Shown: piece after piece, positions 10,126 through 23,418 of the stretch
Position numbering within the stretch: position 1 is the first letter of the stretch
Layout: the number at the start of each line of letters is the position of its first letter
DNA from: Mobula hypostoma
Taxonomy: Eukaryota
Length of the DNA stretch: 64,000 nucleotides
NCBI RefSeq assembly: GCF_963921235.1
Contig: NC_086097.1
Span: 240,996,001-241,060,000, forward strand
Direction: 5' to 3'
Notes under the pieces: generated by a model
Seen by the model: only the letters and a program-made list of their open reading frames with translations
What the model was told of the DNA's origin: nothing
Database searches by the model: none
Program-made: the position numbers and the translations under genes

Positions 10126-10707
10126 GTTATAGAATTAGTCAGCCCCATCATGGGCACTAGCCTCTGAGGTATCCAAGATATCTTCAAGGAACGGTGCCTC
10201 AAGAAGGTGGTGGCCGGGCCGGCTGGTGGCGCAACGACATCGGCGCCGGACCCAGGAGCGGAGGTTCCCGGGTTCGAAATCAGTCGGGTCTGCTCCCGAG
10301 TACACTTTCCATCCATGCCGGGTCGAGTGTTGAGATCGCAACTCGACCTCGTAAAGGGAAAATACTGCAAAAATGCCTGTGTGAGGAGGGGCGTCAGTCA
10401 GTGTCCCTCTCCCTCCCCCATAAAAAGCCATGAAAAAGACATCATCACGGACGCACACGCCAAAAAAAAAGGTGTCCGTCATCAAGGGCCCCCACCACCC
10501 AGGCCGTGCCTTCTCATTGCTACCACCAGGAAGAAGGTACAGAAGCCTAAAGTCACACAATGACTCAGGAACAGCCTCTTCCCCTCTGCCATCAGATTTC
10601 AGAATGGACACTGAACCCTCGAACACTACCCAACTAATTATTTTTACTTCCTTTTTTTTTGCACTTCTTATTTAATTTAACTATTTAATATATTAAACCT
10701 GATTCTG
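10126..10707 (+). mobile_element. Rex1/Babar-type LINE 3' fragment, interrupted by a SINE
   Basis: IFKERCLKK...VIKGPHHPGRAFSLLPPGRRYRSLK relic; AAACCTGATTCTGA end. Confidence 0.75.
10212..10470 (+). mobile_element. Young CpG-rich tRNA-derived SINE with oligo(A) tail
   Basis: A-box-like TGGCGCAACG, B box GGTTCGAAATC and A9 tail; splits the Rex1 fragment. Confidence 0.7.
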
Positions 10708-12196
10708 AGAGCAAGCTGTGGGCATGCTACTCTGGCACCACAAGCATGACGATGCTTGGAGGCTGCCCCCAGCACATCCTCGGGCTAATGCAAAATGCTG
10801 CATTTCACTGTATTTTTCAACATAGATATTAAAAATAAAGCTAATCTTTAATTATAATATACAAGATTTATTTCATTCCCTGTAGAAGTGCCAAGGAGTT
10901 GCTTAAATGTGAATTGCCACTCCAGCAGGGCTTGGCATCTCCAAATTCTTCATGTAATGAGTTGCTTGGCCTGTTTGAAGACATGACTGTTTCTGACACT
11001 TAATTACAATTGATGCTGGGAAAGGCACATAGTCAGAATGCATTGATCGTTGATGCAAACGATGAATTTCACTGAATATTCCGCAGCAACAAATTAAGCT
11101 AATCTAATAGAGCTAATCTAGTTTTAAACAGAGTATTTATGTCATAATAATCTGCTGCTGACTACTCCAGTAAAATTAATTTTTACATGCGCAAGAGGTC
11201 AACATGCTCCAAATAATTATTTCAAAATTACACGGATTTGCATAATGAAAATTTCGTCTTTCATAAAGGTTTGTTTTCAATTTATGTGAAAATCCCCATC
11301 TTCATTTTGCCTTCTGCCAGTTGTTCAAAAGGCGTTAAAATTAAAGCCTTCACTTCCTAGCTGCTAAATAGTCTATAATCCGAATGGCTCTTTTGCCCTG
11401 TTTGACACAATCTGAGGACCTAATGTAGATTTGATTATGAAGCCAATAAACATTCATACTTTTCATGTGGTGTTTTTGTATTAGAGTACCACAGATTTTT
11501 TTTTGTTTTAATTCACAGGATGCAAGCGTCACTGTCAAGCTAATTTTTTTATATACATGTCAGAATAAACTTTATTCTTAAAACAATCTATTTACAAGAA
11601 TAAACCGTGCAGTGCCTTGAAATTCTTACATTCGTAGCCAATGCTTTCGGTACTATTCTGCTACATTCCTACACAGCAATAGCACTACTGCTACTCATGT
11701 GCCCCCACCCCGGGATGTTGTGCTTCTATGCAGTTGAGGGACTTTCTCACCCAACATGGCCCCTCCCTCTCTAGCAGTAAAAGATCCCTTTACTCTGGTC
11801 CTTCCCTGCCAAGCAAGTTGGCCTTTGTCCTGAAGCTAAGCAGCTGGCAGACAACAGAGACAACTGTGGTACCCCGAAGTCTGGAGTCACACTTAGGCCA
11901 GACCGAGAAGAGATGATGGACAATCTCTCAGTTTTCGTGAACTTCATGAACATCTGCAGGAGTCTGGTGGTTAAAGTACGATCGCAAGAACAAATTTTGT
12001 ATTCCAGATTCAATTCATGAACTGCATTTAATATTCCCCAGTTGTCAAGATGGAATTTAACCTGTACCTGTGGATTAGCAGCACAGTAACACAACCATTA
12101 CACTACATCCTGGACCTGCTCAACTTCCAAGCACCAACACCACAGAAGTTGCAACATGGCAAGGAAACAGGGAAATTGGATAAGGAAAAGTAAATA

Positions 12197-13410
12197 CAGT
12201 AGATTCTAGTTAATTGGACCATTGGTTAGGGAGCTAGGGCTTTACTCTTTGGAGAGAAGGAGGATGAGAGGAGACATGATAGAGGTGTACAAGATAATAA
12301 GAGAAATAGATAGAGTGGATAGCCAGCGCCTCTTACCCAGGGCACCACTGCTCAATACAAGAGGACATGGCTTTAAGGTAAGGGGTGGGAAGTTCAAGGG
12401 GGATATCAGAGGAAGGTTTTTTACTCAGAGAGTGGTTGGTGAGTGGAATGCGCTGCCTGAGTCAGTGGTGGAGGCAGATACACTAGTGAAGTTTAAGAGA
12501 CTACTAGACAGGTATATGGAGGAACTTAAGGTGGGGGCTTAAATGGGAGGCAGGGTTTGAAGTTCGGCACAACATTGTACTGTGCTGTACTATTCTATGA
12601 AGGTTAATTGGGGCACCCACTTATTTGGGACAACTTTTAAGGATCAAAAGCTATTCGAGAAAATAGGCCGGATTTTCTTTGTTTATTTGGGACACTGTGG
12701 CACTTAATTGGGACAGCAGTCTTATCAAACAGTTTCTAACTAGCATCAGTCGTGTGCACTTGTGTGGCCATTGGACACTACACCGTGCTTACAGCAAACA
12801 TTTTTTTTTAAATAGAGTCAGTTGCAGTGTGTTTGTGTTCTAAATGCCACAAACTGATAGTTTTTTGTCACTGATAGTTGGCAAGAAATACGCAGCAAGG
12901 CAATTCAGAACTGTTTTGCTCACTGTGGTTTAAACACCAGGCTTGCAGAGCCCAGAAATGGAGGGGAATGAAAATGAAATGATTAAACAAGTTAGGAACT
13001 ATAAAGAATTTGACGGGATCTACAGCCATCTTCAATGTTACAATGAAACTGAAGATTTGGAAGATGTTGAAGGCATTGTACGAAGGCAGTCAATTATCTA
13101 TACTCAGTGTCTGTGCTGATTTTGTTCATTTACAGTCAAAAGAACACAGCAGCATCCACTGGATGAATTCCTCTGTCTATAACTATTAGGAACTCATACA
13201 GTTTTATAATATTAAGTGGTATTGATAGTGCTCTAATTCGCTCTGTATTTCATTTAAATACATAATTTGTTACTCAGTTAAATTGTAGTTTGTCTTTTTT
13301 AAATCAATCTTTTTTAACTACTTTCATAAAACTTTGGCTAATTGGGACAGCTGCTTAAATGAGCCAAAATGTATTGGTCACAATGAGTCCCAATTAACCA
13401 GAGACCACTA
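12197..13410. mobile_element. Pogo/Tigger-like non-autonomous DNA transposon
   Basis: Imperfect TIRs CAGTAGATTCTAGTTAATTGG and CCCAATTAACCAGAGACCACTA, TA on both sides (12195-96 and 13411-12), subterminal (A/T)ATTGGGAC repeats. Confidence 0.75.
12226..12599 (+). mobile_element. CR1 3' fragment inserted in the Tigger-like element
   Basis: Near-identical to 3696-4087. Confidence 0.9.
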
Positions 13411-13923
13411 TATTACCAAAAAGCACAATGAAGCTCTGTAGATGTTTTTTTCCCTTTTTTAAAAAAAGGTTCAGGGACAAACAATGCTCCTTAGCCAGTG
13501 AACAAAAAAATCTGTTCAAAGTAAACTTATTATCAAACTATGTAGCTGTCACCACCTAGGATTCATTTTCTTGTGGGCTTTCACAGTAGGTACAAGAAAT
13601 ACAATAGACTCAGTGAAAGACTACACAGAGACACACTGTACAAATATAAACAAAAACAAATAATAAATAGTAATATTGAGAACAGGAGTTGGAGATCTGA
13701 TTTGTTTTTTTTATTAAGTATCCTGGACCTTAAAGATCAACCAACCATTTCTCTTTCCACAGTTGCTATCCAACCTGAGTATTTACAACATTTGCTATTT
13801 TTATTTCATGTTTCCAATATCTGCAGGATTTTTGTTGTCATTTGTCAGAGTTGCTCTAGAACTAGTTAAAGCTCTTCAATAGTAAATGAATGTATTCTAC
13901 CAAGGACTGCAAACAGGTTAGAT

Positions 13924-13984
13924 CAGGGGTTCCCAACCTGGGTTAATGGTACGAGTCCATGCCAAAAAAGGTTGGGAACCTCTG
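13924..13984. mobile_element. 61-bp hAT (Charlie-like) MITE
   Basis: TIRs CAGGGGTTCCCAACCT and AGGTTGGGAACCTCTG; 8-bp TSD GGTTAGAT/GATTAGAT. Confidence 0.75.
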
Positions 13985-14382
13985 GATTAGATGGTATTTA
14001 AATACACAAACCATCAGACTATGATTAAAGCAATCTTTTTTTGTCAAGGCAAACAAAATTCACATAACATTTATAAGCAAACGGGATAGAAAATTTATTT
14101 CTAGAAACATTCTTACACTGCAAACTGCGAACAAGCTTACATACTTTTCCGCTTAAATGGTCGCGGTCCTAAACAGGTGTGTCCCATTTCTGGCATCTCA
14201 AGTCACTTCCAAAATCACTAATAGTCTTTACCCAATTCTGATTATTAATTGTTGATATCACATCCTCACAGCCTGAAGGTAATCAATACAGAATGTATGC
14301 AGTTGCCTGTCTGTTACTCCATACAACATCACATGTGCAATGTGTGCACATGTAAAACCCTTAAAAGTAACTCAGTATAATT

Positions 14383-14620
14383 GGCGGCATGGCAGTTTAG
14401 TGATTAGCACAAACTTTTATAGTACAGGGAACCTGCCGCAGCCTGGAATGAGTTCGTGCATTCTCCCAATGACCACGCAGGCTTCCTCCCACAGTCCAAA
14501 GACATACTAGTTGGTGGGTTAATTGGTCATTGTAAATTGCCCCGAGATTACACTAGGAGTAAATTGGGGGTTGCTGGGTAGTGCAGCTCAAACGGCTGCA
14601 AGAGCCTATTCTGCCCTCCG
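14383..14620 (+). mobile_element. V-domain SINE
   Basis: GGCGGCATGG head and TTCCTCCCACAGTCCAAAGAC V-domain. Confidence 0.7.
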
Positions 14621-15822
14621 ACTTTGTATCGAAAGGACAGGCAGAAAGGCAAATTGCCACCTTGTACCAAGGCCAGACCTTGGAGCCAGGTCTGCAGTTA
14701 GCGGCAACAGCAAGGCAGAGACTGCAGAATAAAGTGCTAGAACTTGCTCGTGTAGAAAAGCAAATAAAGGTCCCGGGGGGGGTAGGATAGCTACGCGCAA
14801 GATCAGACCTGCAGATGAGGGAGAGGTCAGAACCGTGGATGAGGAGAGGCAGGGCAAGTCGGGATGAAATATCAAAATAAAGGAAAGAAACCTGGAAACA
14901 AGATCAGGGGTGGAAACTAGGGATTACTTCAGAGACACAGCTGTGGCCAGAGAAGGAATCTACACATGAGCTTGGAGGCAGAAAGGGAATCTACATGCAG
15001 GATTAACATCAGGGAGGGGACTTGCATCGAAGAACCGAATTGGACAGGGAATTAATTTACCCAAGATCTAGTTGTTTCACAGTCCAACAGTCATTACTGT
15101 GAACCTGCTTGGCCTACCTCACCCACAAGAATGCTTGGTCAGGAAATTACAACAGATCATGCATAGTTATCCCAGTGACCAAGTCGTCATGGCAGGTTTC
15201 CCCAGCAACACAGAATGCACTGGGAAATTTTCATTTACATGTCATCAAAGTTCAAAGTAAATTATGAAAGTACCATAAATTTATGTCACCATATGCTACT
15301 CCGAGATTAGTTTTCTCGTGGGCACACTCAGTAAATGTAAGAACCATTATAGAATCAGTGACAAACCACACCCAACAAGATAGACAAACAACCAATGCGC
15401 AGAAGACAATACAAAAGAAAAAAGATAATAAGAAACAATAATAATAATAAATAAGCAATAAATATCAAAAACATGAGTTGAAGAGATTTTTAAATTGGGG
15501 AGAGGGAGGCAAAGATCCATTTCAATAAATATTGTTCCAAGTCTAAATTTCTAAAAAAAATAAACTTCTGGATTTTTAAAAAATTTTAATCTCTTCCTGT
15601 TTATCAAGTTACTGTATGGGAAAAGAAGATTAATAAAGAATGCTAACATTCAATCTGTGAAGTGAATCATAAGAGTTTACCAGATGCTATCATGGGTTGG
15701 CATTATTCAGCTCTGTAAATGATTTCCTTCTCCCCAGCTCATTTTCACACACAAACAAATTTGAAAGCTAGATTTATTTAAAGATGCCTTTAATATTGAT
15801 AGTTCCTTAAAGTTGTTATGGC

Positions 15823-16382
15823 CTGGAGAGGTAGTGAGGACAAACTCCCTCTGCCTATGAAATGCTTCCAACGGGGTGTGCCTCAAATATCCTCGGACAA
15901 TCCAGCTCCTGGACTTAACTTGTGTCTTGGCTACCAAGCCTGGAAGAACCACCTCTACTGAAAGGAGGAGGGGCAAAGGCGGGTTACTGGTCCCATAAAA
16001 CCAGCCATTTCGGACAGATGGGGCTCATCTGCCGTCATTGGCAGCTCATCTAGGAGAAGGAAAACTCTGATCTCAAACCTCCCCTGGCTTGTGGCTATAC
16101 CCACTGACGGGGAAAACTTCGGGAGTAAACGGATGAAAAGTTAGGCACTGAGGTTCCCAAGGCAGTCCTACATTGAGTTCAGTGACTGGCAACTCTTGTG
16201 ACGCCACTGGTGCCAAACTGTGTCGATCTCTGCCGTTCTTTTAGATTCATCAGCTGCGTGGAGAGAGGTAGCCTGCTGCACGGGACACAGATTACTCCCC
16301 ATATTGTATTGAGCAGACTAGCACATCACGTAGGCAGCTGGAATACAACATTCATGACCAACCCCGATCAACAGGGGGCTTG
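15823..16382 (+). mobile_element. Non-coding dispersed repeat, probably a non-autonomous RTE/Vingi-type derivative
   Basis: Homologous to 23419-23770 (CAGATGGGGCTC...CATCTAG..GAAGGAAAACTCTGATCT); no coding capacity. Confidence 0.5.
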
Positions 16383-16529
16383 AGATAGTGAAGCACTGGC
16401 GTAGTCAACTTTTGGACTTCTTTTCCATTTTATTTTTCACTTTTCACGTCAAATTTCCTCTTTCAAGGTTCTTTTCAAAGCTGCAGGAATTATGGTGGTG
16501 CAGTATTAACTTCCAACGCTTGGCTCAAG

Positions 16530-16840
16530 GGCAGCATGGTAGCAGGAGCTGTTAGCGCGTCACTTTACGTACAGCACCAGCTTTCACAGTTAGAGGCCAC
16601 TTCCCATCACAACTTGTAAGGAGTCTGCACATTCTCCCCATGACCCTGTGGGTTTCCACCCTCAGTCCAAAGATGCTCAGGTTGGTGAGTTGTGGGGGTA
16701 TGCTACGTTGTCACCAGAAGCTTGGCAACACCGTGGGACTGCCCAGCACAATCCTCACTGATTTGACGCAAACGATGCATTTCATTGTGTGCTTCGATGT
16801 ACACGTGACAAATAAATCTAATTCTACTCTTTAATCTTTA
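16530..16840 (+). mobile_element. V-domain SINE
   Basis: tRNA-like head, GGAGTCTGCACATTCTCCCC V-domain and shared GTGACAAATAAA..TAAT tail. Confidence 0.65.
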
Positions 16841-17394
16841 GCTTCAGTGGAATTTGCCTGTGACTTGAGAGCAGAGTCAGAAATTGAGGCTACATCTGGC
16901 TGGTGTCCGCTATCTTTCCTCGAGTCAGTAGTTTGGCTTAGTCATTTCATCCTTAACTCCCTACGGAGACGGGTTACTGTTCTGGCCACTAAAGGCGGGT
17001 GTGTGTGTCTGTGTCTGTAAGTGTGTGTAAGTGTAAAGCAGGATCCACCTTCGATTCATTATCATGAATAACATGCCCATGCACTAATCTGCCTTCCATT
17101 TACGGGACATTTTAGATATTAACAATCAGAGAAATGAGATTCCAAAAGTTCAATGTTTAGACTCTAGCTGGATAACCTATTAACTGTGGCATGACAAACT
17201 GCAGGAAAAGAAATAGATAACAGGCCACTGCTATTTCGGTTGGTGTGGGAGCTTTAAACCTTTACAATGAAACCTACTATTTGATAAAACATATAATCCT
17301 CAAAACTTTCTGCTGTTAAAGATTCCCCCAATCACACTTGAAACTTCCACTGCCATCCATGTGCTAAGTCTACTTTTTTTAAAAAAAAGGTTTT

Positions 17395-17730
17395 TGAAGA
17401 TATAGGAGCAGAATAAGGCCATTTAGCCCATCGAGTCTGCTCCATTTCATCATGACTGATCCATTTCCCCCTCAGCCTCAATTTCTTACCTTCTCCACAT
17501 ATCCCTTCATCCCCTGACTAACAAAGAACTTATCAATCTGTCTTAAATACACCCAATTACTTGGCCTCCACAGCTGCCTGTGGAAACAAATTCCACAGAT
17601 TCACCACTCTCTGGCTAAAGAAATCCCACATCTCTATTCTAAAAGGACACCCCACTATTCTGAGGCCGTGTCCATTAGTCTTAGACTCTCCCACAATAGC
17701 AAACATGCTCCCCACATCTACTCTGTCAAA
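17395..17730 (-). mobile_element. CR1 3' fragment
   Basis: Reverse complement of the CR1 ORF2 end and 3'UTR. Confidence 0.8.
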
Positions 17731-18032
17731 ACACTACATGCAAGCCCTTAAGCTGACTGACACACAAAAGGAAACTATTTCATGTACCAAAGAGCAGGTG
17801 AATTAATTGATGCTAGAAGTTGCAATCAAAAGAAAGAAAATAGTGCAATGAAAATATTCATCACGTTCTAGTGTTCTATGACCCTATAAAATGTGAGTAT
17901 GTACATGGACAGGACGGTGATTCTGATTCTGGAGGGCTATGTTCCAGATGAACATAGAAAGACTAATTGCTTGGTGCAAACTAGATGGGCTGAAGGGCCT
18001 GTTTCCCTGCTGGAGTGTTCGGTGACTCTACG

Positions 18033-18455
18033 CCTCCAAGTGGACCACAAACTTGTCGCGGTTTGAAAGCTTGCGTGCCTTAATGACCCAAAGAGCAATG
18101 CGGGCTGGAGTCAGGGCTATATGCTCTGGCTCTTGGTAGTGTCATCCAGGCCAAACAGGTCAAAGGGTTGGACATCAGACCAAGAGTGGTCTACCGATCC
18201 TCCAGGTTCAGGGGTTTAGCTCAAGGCTAACAAACTGTGACTGGTGAAACAAAATTGTTACAGAGACAGCAACGAAGAGTCCTTCTACATCTGCGTGCGA
18301 CAGTATTCCCAAGTCTCCACACAGGACTTGCATGACTGACAGTAGTGAAAACTGAGAGGAAGCTACTGACGTGATGAAGGAAGCCCTGAACACCACCAGA
18401 GATGGAGGACCTTCATTGCTGCCCTCAATGCTAGCAGCAAACGGCCAGCAAGTAA
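18033..18455 (+). mobile_element. Non-autonomous bipartite RTE-type element, most complete copy, with a 5' HDV-like ribozyme fold
   Basis: Imperfect TSD TGACTCTACG (18023-32) / TGACTCTGTG (18456-65); RTE-like 5'UTR joined to an RTE-like 3' end (RWRTFIAALNA) ending in AGTAA. Confidence 0.72.
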
Positions 18456-19139
18456 TGACTCTGTGACGCTACGTAAAGTAATGCTGTCTTGGAAGTAACC
18501 AATATTCTGGAGATCAAACAGCTTTGAAAACAATTCATAAGAAAACCCTCTGTTCACAGAAGCCTTTTATCCATTTGAGAGGTTCATGTGGTCTTAACAA
18601 TTTTAATAGGATTGTGTAATGTTAAACTGGTTTTAAAATGCACCAGACTCTCGAACTGTTGCTAACTTAGCCAAATTTGTTTCAAGTTAAACTGTATGCC
18701 TTCATGGGGTACTGTTAACGATCGCACTCTGCATTAACAGCTACTTGCAGCACCTTTAAATTTAAAGCAACTTCTGGAGCAGCTCGTCGAGGTTAGATGT
18801 TGTCCAGCTCCTTTGAGAGAAAAATGAACAGTTGTACATGTTCCCCTCCTACCCTAGCATAGTCTAAAATGAACCAGTTGTCAAGCCCAAAGGCAGTCTG
18901 AACAAGCCACTTGTTTACGTGAATAATAAAGACACAAGTCATTTTAAAAAGTGGTGAGAAATTCAAAGTGGGAAATATAACAGGTAATTCAACACCTCCA
19001 TTCCAGAACCAAAAACACTCCATCCTCAATCACTGATTTACAGTATGTAGGCAATCCTTTGACCCGATGTCTAAGCTCCAACATAGTACAGGCTTCTTTA
19101 CTGCAATGTCTTGCCCTATATATCCAGAAAACATATACA

Positions 19140-22100
19140 TAGGGTTGATGTGGAGAGGATGTGTCCTCTGGTGAGGGTATCCAGAACTAGAGGGCACAGC
19201 CTCAAGATTGAGGGGTGACCCTTTAGAACAGAGGCAAGGAAAATTTTTTTTTAGCCAGAGAGTCATAAATCTGTGGAATTCTCTTCCACTGTCTGCGGTG
19301 GAGTTCAAGTCCGTGCGTATATTTAAGGTGAAAGTTAATCATTTTCTGATGAATCAGGGCATCAAAAGATATGGCGAGAAGGCAAGTGCGGGGTTGGGTG
19401 AGATCCAGGATCAGCCGTGATGGAACAGCAGAGCAGATTCGACTGGCTGAATGGCATAATTTTGCTCCCATATCTTTACTGCCATGAAATACTGTTCTGT
19501 ACAGCACAGCCCAAGACAAAGGTCCTTTGCTAACCTGTACCAACTGCACAACAGGGCCACAGGACGACAAAGATCCCTGAAAAACTATGGAAGACTCAAA
19601 GTATTTGCCATATCTCAAGATATCTTATGCAGGGAAACACAAAGGATTATGGTTTCTCATCTGTATTAACGACCTGGATGATAATGTGGCAAACTGGATC
19701 AGAAAATTTGCACTTGACACCAAGACAGGGTGTAGTGGACAGGGAGGAAGACAATCAAAGCTAGCAGTGGTTCTGGACCAGCTGGTGAAATGGGCTGAAA
19801 AATGGCAGGTGGAATCTAATACAGACTAGGGTGAGGTGTTACACTTTGGGAGCATCAACCAGGGTAGGGCACTGGGCAGTGTGGAAGAAGAGAGATCTGG
19901 GAGATACTGATCCACAATTCCTTAAAAGTGGCACTAAAGGTTGATAGGGTCGTAAAGAAAGCTTCTGGAACATTGGTCTTCGTAAATCAATGTACAGGAG
20001 TTGGGATGTTATGTTGAAATTGTACAAGACATTGGTGAGGCCTAACTTGGAGAAATGTGTCCAGTTTTGGTCACCTACCTCTGGCTGTCCACTCTATTTA
20101 TGCCTCTTATCTTACACACCTCTATCAAGTCTTGGGAGTGCTCGTACAGGATTCCCTTAAAGTTAACCTCCAGGTTGAGTCGGTGGTGAAGGCGGCGAAT
20201 GCAATGTTGGCATTCATTTCTAGAGGAATAGGAGTATAGGAGCAGGGATGTGATGTTGAGGCTCTATAAGGCGCTGGTGAGACCTCACTTGGAGTACTGT
20301 GGGCAGTTTTGGTCTCCTTATTTAAGAAAGGATGTGCTGACGTTGGAGAGGGTACAGAGAAGATTCACTAGAATGATTCCGGGAATGAGAGAGTTAACAT
20401 ATGAGGAACGTTTGTCCGCTCTTGGACTGTATTCCTTGGAGTTTAGAAGAATGAGGGGAGACCTCATAGAAACATTTCGAATGTTAAAAGGCATGGACAG
20501 AGTGGATGTGGCAAAGTTGTTTCCCATGATGGGGGAGTCTAGTACGAGAGGGCATGACTTCAGGATTGAAGGGCGCCCATTCAGAACAGAAATGCGAAGA
20601 AATTTTTTTAGTCAGAGGGTGGTGAATCTATGGAATTTGTTGCCACGGGCAGCAGTGGAGGCCAAGTCATTGGGTGTACTTAAGGCAGAGATTGACAGGT
20701 ATCTGAGTAGCCAGGGCATCAAAGGTTATGGTGAGAAGGCGGGGGAGTGGGACTAAATAGGAGAAAATGGATCAACTCATGATAAAAATGGCGGAGCAGA
20801 CTTGATGGGCTGAATGGCCTACTTCTGCTCCTTTGTCTTATGGTCTTACGGTCATCTCTCATCCCCCTCCTCTTCAAAGAGTAAAGCCCTCGCTCACTCA
20901 ACCCATCTTTGGAAGACACACTGTCTAATCCGGCCAACATCTTTATAAATCTCATCTCTAAAGCTTCCACATCATTCCTAATATGAAGTGACCAGATCTA
21001 AAGACAATACTCCAACTGTGGAGTAGCTAGCATTACCTCATGGACGGACGGACAGACACACACACACACAAAAACAATGCTGGAGGAACCCAGCAGGCCA
21101 GGCACCTCATAGCTTTTGAACTCAATCCCCTGATCAAGGAGAGGATGGTTAGATTAATCTGGGAATATTTTAAAGGTTAGCACAATGTTATGAGCCAAAG
21201 GGGCCTGTTCTGTCTTGTAACATTCACTTTCCTACGCTCCACATTGGCCTCATCAGCTTACTTGGAGCCCAATAAATTGGAATGGGAAGATAGTAATCTT
21301 CAACTCGGGGTTGCTTAACAAGGTAAGCCACCATTAGGAAGGTGAAAAAATACTTCAACAAGATTCTCACCAGAAGACCACTCCTGAAAAGCGAGCATAT
21401 GGACCTAGAGATTAATAGTGATGTCCTTCCCTCTGCCTTAGTGCAGTTGAAAAGTAGCACCAATATTCAGTGCTAACAGTAGTAATCTGATTATGAAGAA
21501 CACACTTAAAACTTGAAAGAAGTCCCACACAAGTTACCAACAAATTTCAAGTCAGGGAAAGCTTTGGTTGAAGAGATTTCTTTTCAAAAAAAAAAGGAGA
21601 TATTGTCATGCAATGGCAGAATCCCCCAAAAAAATACTGTTTTATTATTCTCACATGTACAAAGTACTGTGAAAAACTTGTTTTGCATACAATCCATAAA
21701 GATTATGACAGCGCACTCAAGTCATACAGGAGAAAACAGCAGTATCGAGTGTGACAGAAAGCACAATGCTGGTAGACAACAATCTGCAAAGTCATAACCA
21801 GGTAGATGCCAGTTATGAGGTCAATAAGATGGTTAAGAAGGCCTATGGAATGTTTGGTTTTATTAGTCAAGACACTGAGTTCAAAAGTCAGGAGCTTATG
21901 TTGCAACTTTATAAAACTGTGGTTAAGCCACATCAGGTGTATAGCATACAATTCTGGTTGCCCCACTAGAGGAGGGATGTTGAGGCTTTGGGGAGGCTGC
22001 AGAAGAGGTTCACTAGGATGCTGCCTGGCTTAAGTGGGCATGTGCTATCACGACAGGCTGGATAAACTTGGGTTGTTTTCTCTCGAGTGTCAGGGGTTAA

Positions 22101-22470
22101 GGGGAGATCTGACAGATGTTTACATGATTATGAGAGGCATAGATAGAGTGGACTGAGTGTATCTAATACCAGAGGGCATGTACTGAAGGTGAGCAGGGGA
22201 GAGACGTGAGGGGCAAGGTTTTTTCTTTTACTAAGAGTGTCGTAGATACCTGGAAAGCACTGCCCAATATGGTGGTAGAGGCAAATACATTAGAAGCTTT
22301 TAAGAGACATTTGGATTGGCACATGGATGCAAGGAGGATGGAGGGATATGGACAGGAGGTGGGTAGCAGGGATTAGTCTTTGGCTGTTCCTGATTTGCTT
22401 TTTTAGCTGGTTGAGCTCAACATTGTGGGCTGACTGGCCTGCTCCTGGGCTGTACTCTTCTACGTTCTAC
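19140..22470. mobile_element. Cluster of CR1 fragments: + 19140-19480, + 19650-20080, + 20130-20846 nested in a - fragment at 20080-21040, + 21800-22470
   Basis: Repeated LVRPHLEYCxQFWSP and RRMRGDLIE coding relics and CR1 3'UTRs. Confidence 0.85.
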
Positions 22471-23418
22471 AGTGAGGTCATCAGTCATTTTTATCATACT
22501 TTCCTTTATCTAATAACAGTGGGACAGAAGCTGTCCTTCGTTTTCAGGCTTTCGTATCTTCTAGTTCACACACAAAATGCTGGTGGAACTCAGGTCAGGC
22601 AGCAACTATAGAAATGAAGTCAACGCTTCAGGCAGAGACACTTCTTCAGGACGCAAAAGACTTTTGCATACCTTCTGCCCTACAGGAGAGGGGGAGAAGA
22701 GAGAATGTCCGGGGTGGGATCTTTGATTATGTTGGCTGCTTTACTGAGGCAACGAGCAGCACAAGGGTGGGTTTCGTGATGTACCGCGGGAATACACCAG
22801 AAGCAAATGAATCTCCTCTGGGAAATTACAGATTAAAAAACTCCGACAAAGTTGACGCTGACGTTATTGAGCTCTTGAACCTAGCTACAGGACTCTGTTT
22901 TTTCTTCAGATTTCATAGCCACCTCGAGTTGCTGTTCGCGAAGTTTTGTTATCTAAACTGTCAAGCTACAAATTGATGCTGGAAATGATTTTATATCATG
23001 ACCTTTTAGGGAAGCTTCTGATTAGGAAGTGAAGAAACGGGTGCTGAAAGTACGTGACCGACATTTTCCCTCACGTGCCTGTGGCTGTTCAGTCAGTCCA
23101 GATGTTCTGCTCAGATACTGGCTGCAGTCTACCAACACTGCCAGACTTGTATGCATCTAGGTCAAAGAAGGGGGCAGGGAAAAAAAAAATCAATCCTTTT
23201 CCACATGCTCCCTTCCGGAAAGCACTATAGGGCTATTAAAACAAAAAAACTTCATGCCATCTTAAAAGTTTCTTCCCCCCCAGGCAGTTAATCTGCTCAA
23301 AGGTTCCAGTTAGGTCCTCTCAACACCCCTCACCCCCTCCCCCCATCTATTAGTTCAGTCACTGTACTGCACCATAAACCTTTTAAACCACTATTTACAT
23401 TGCTGTTTACATTGTAAT

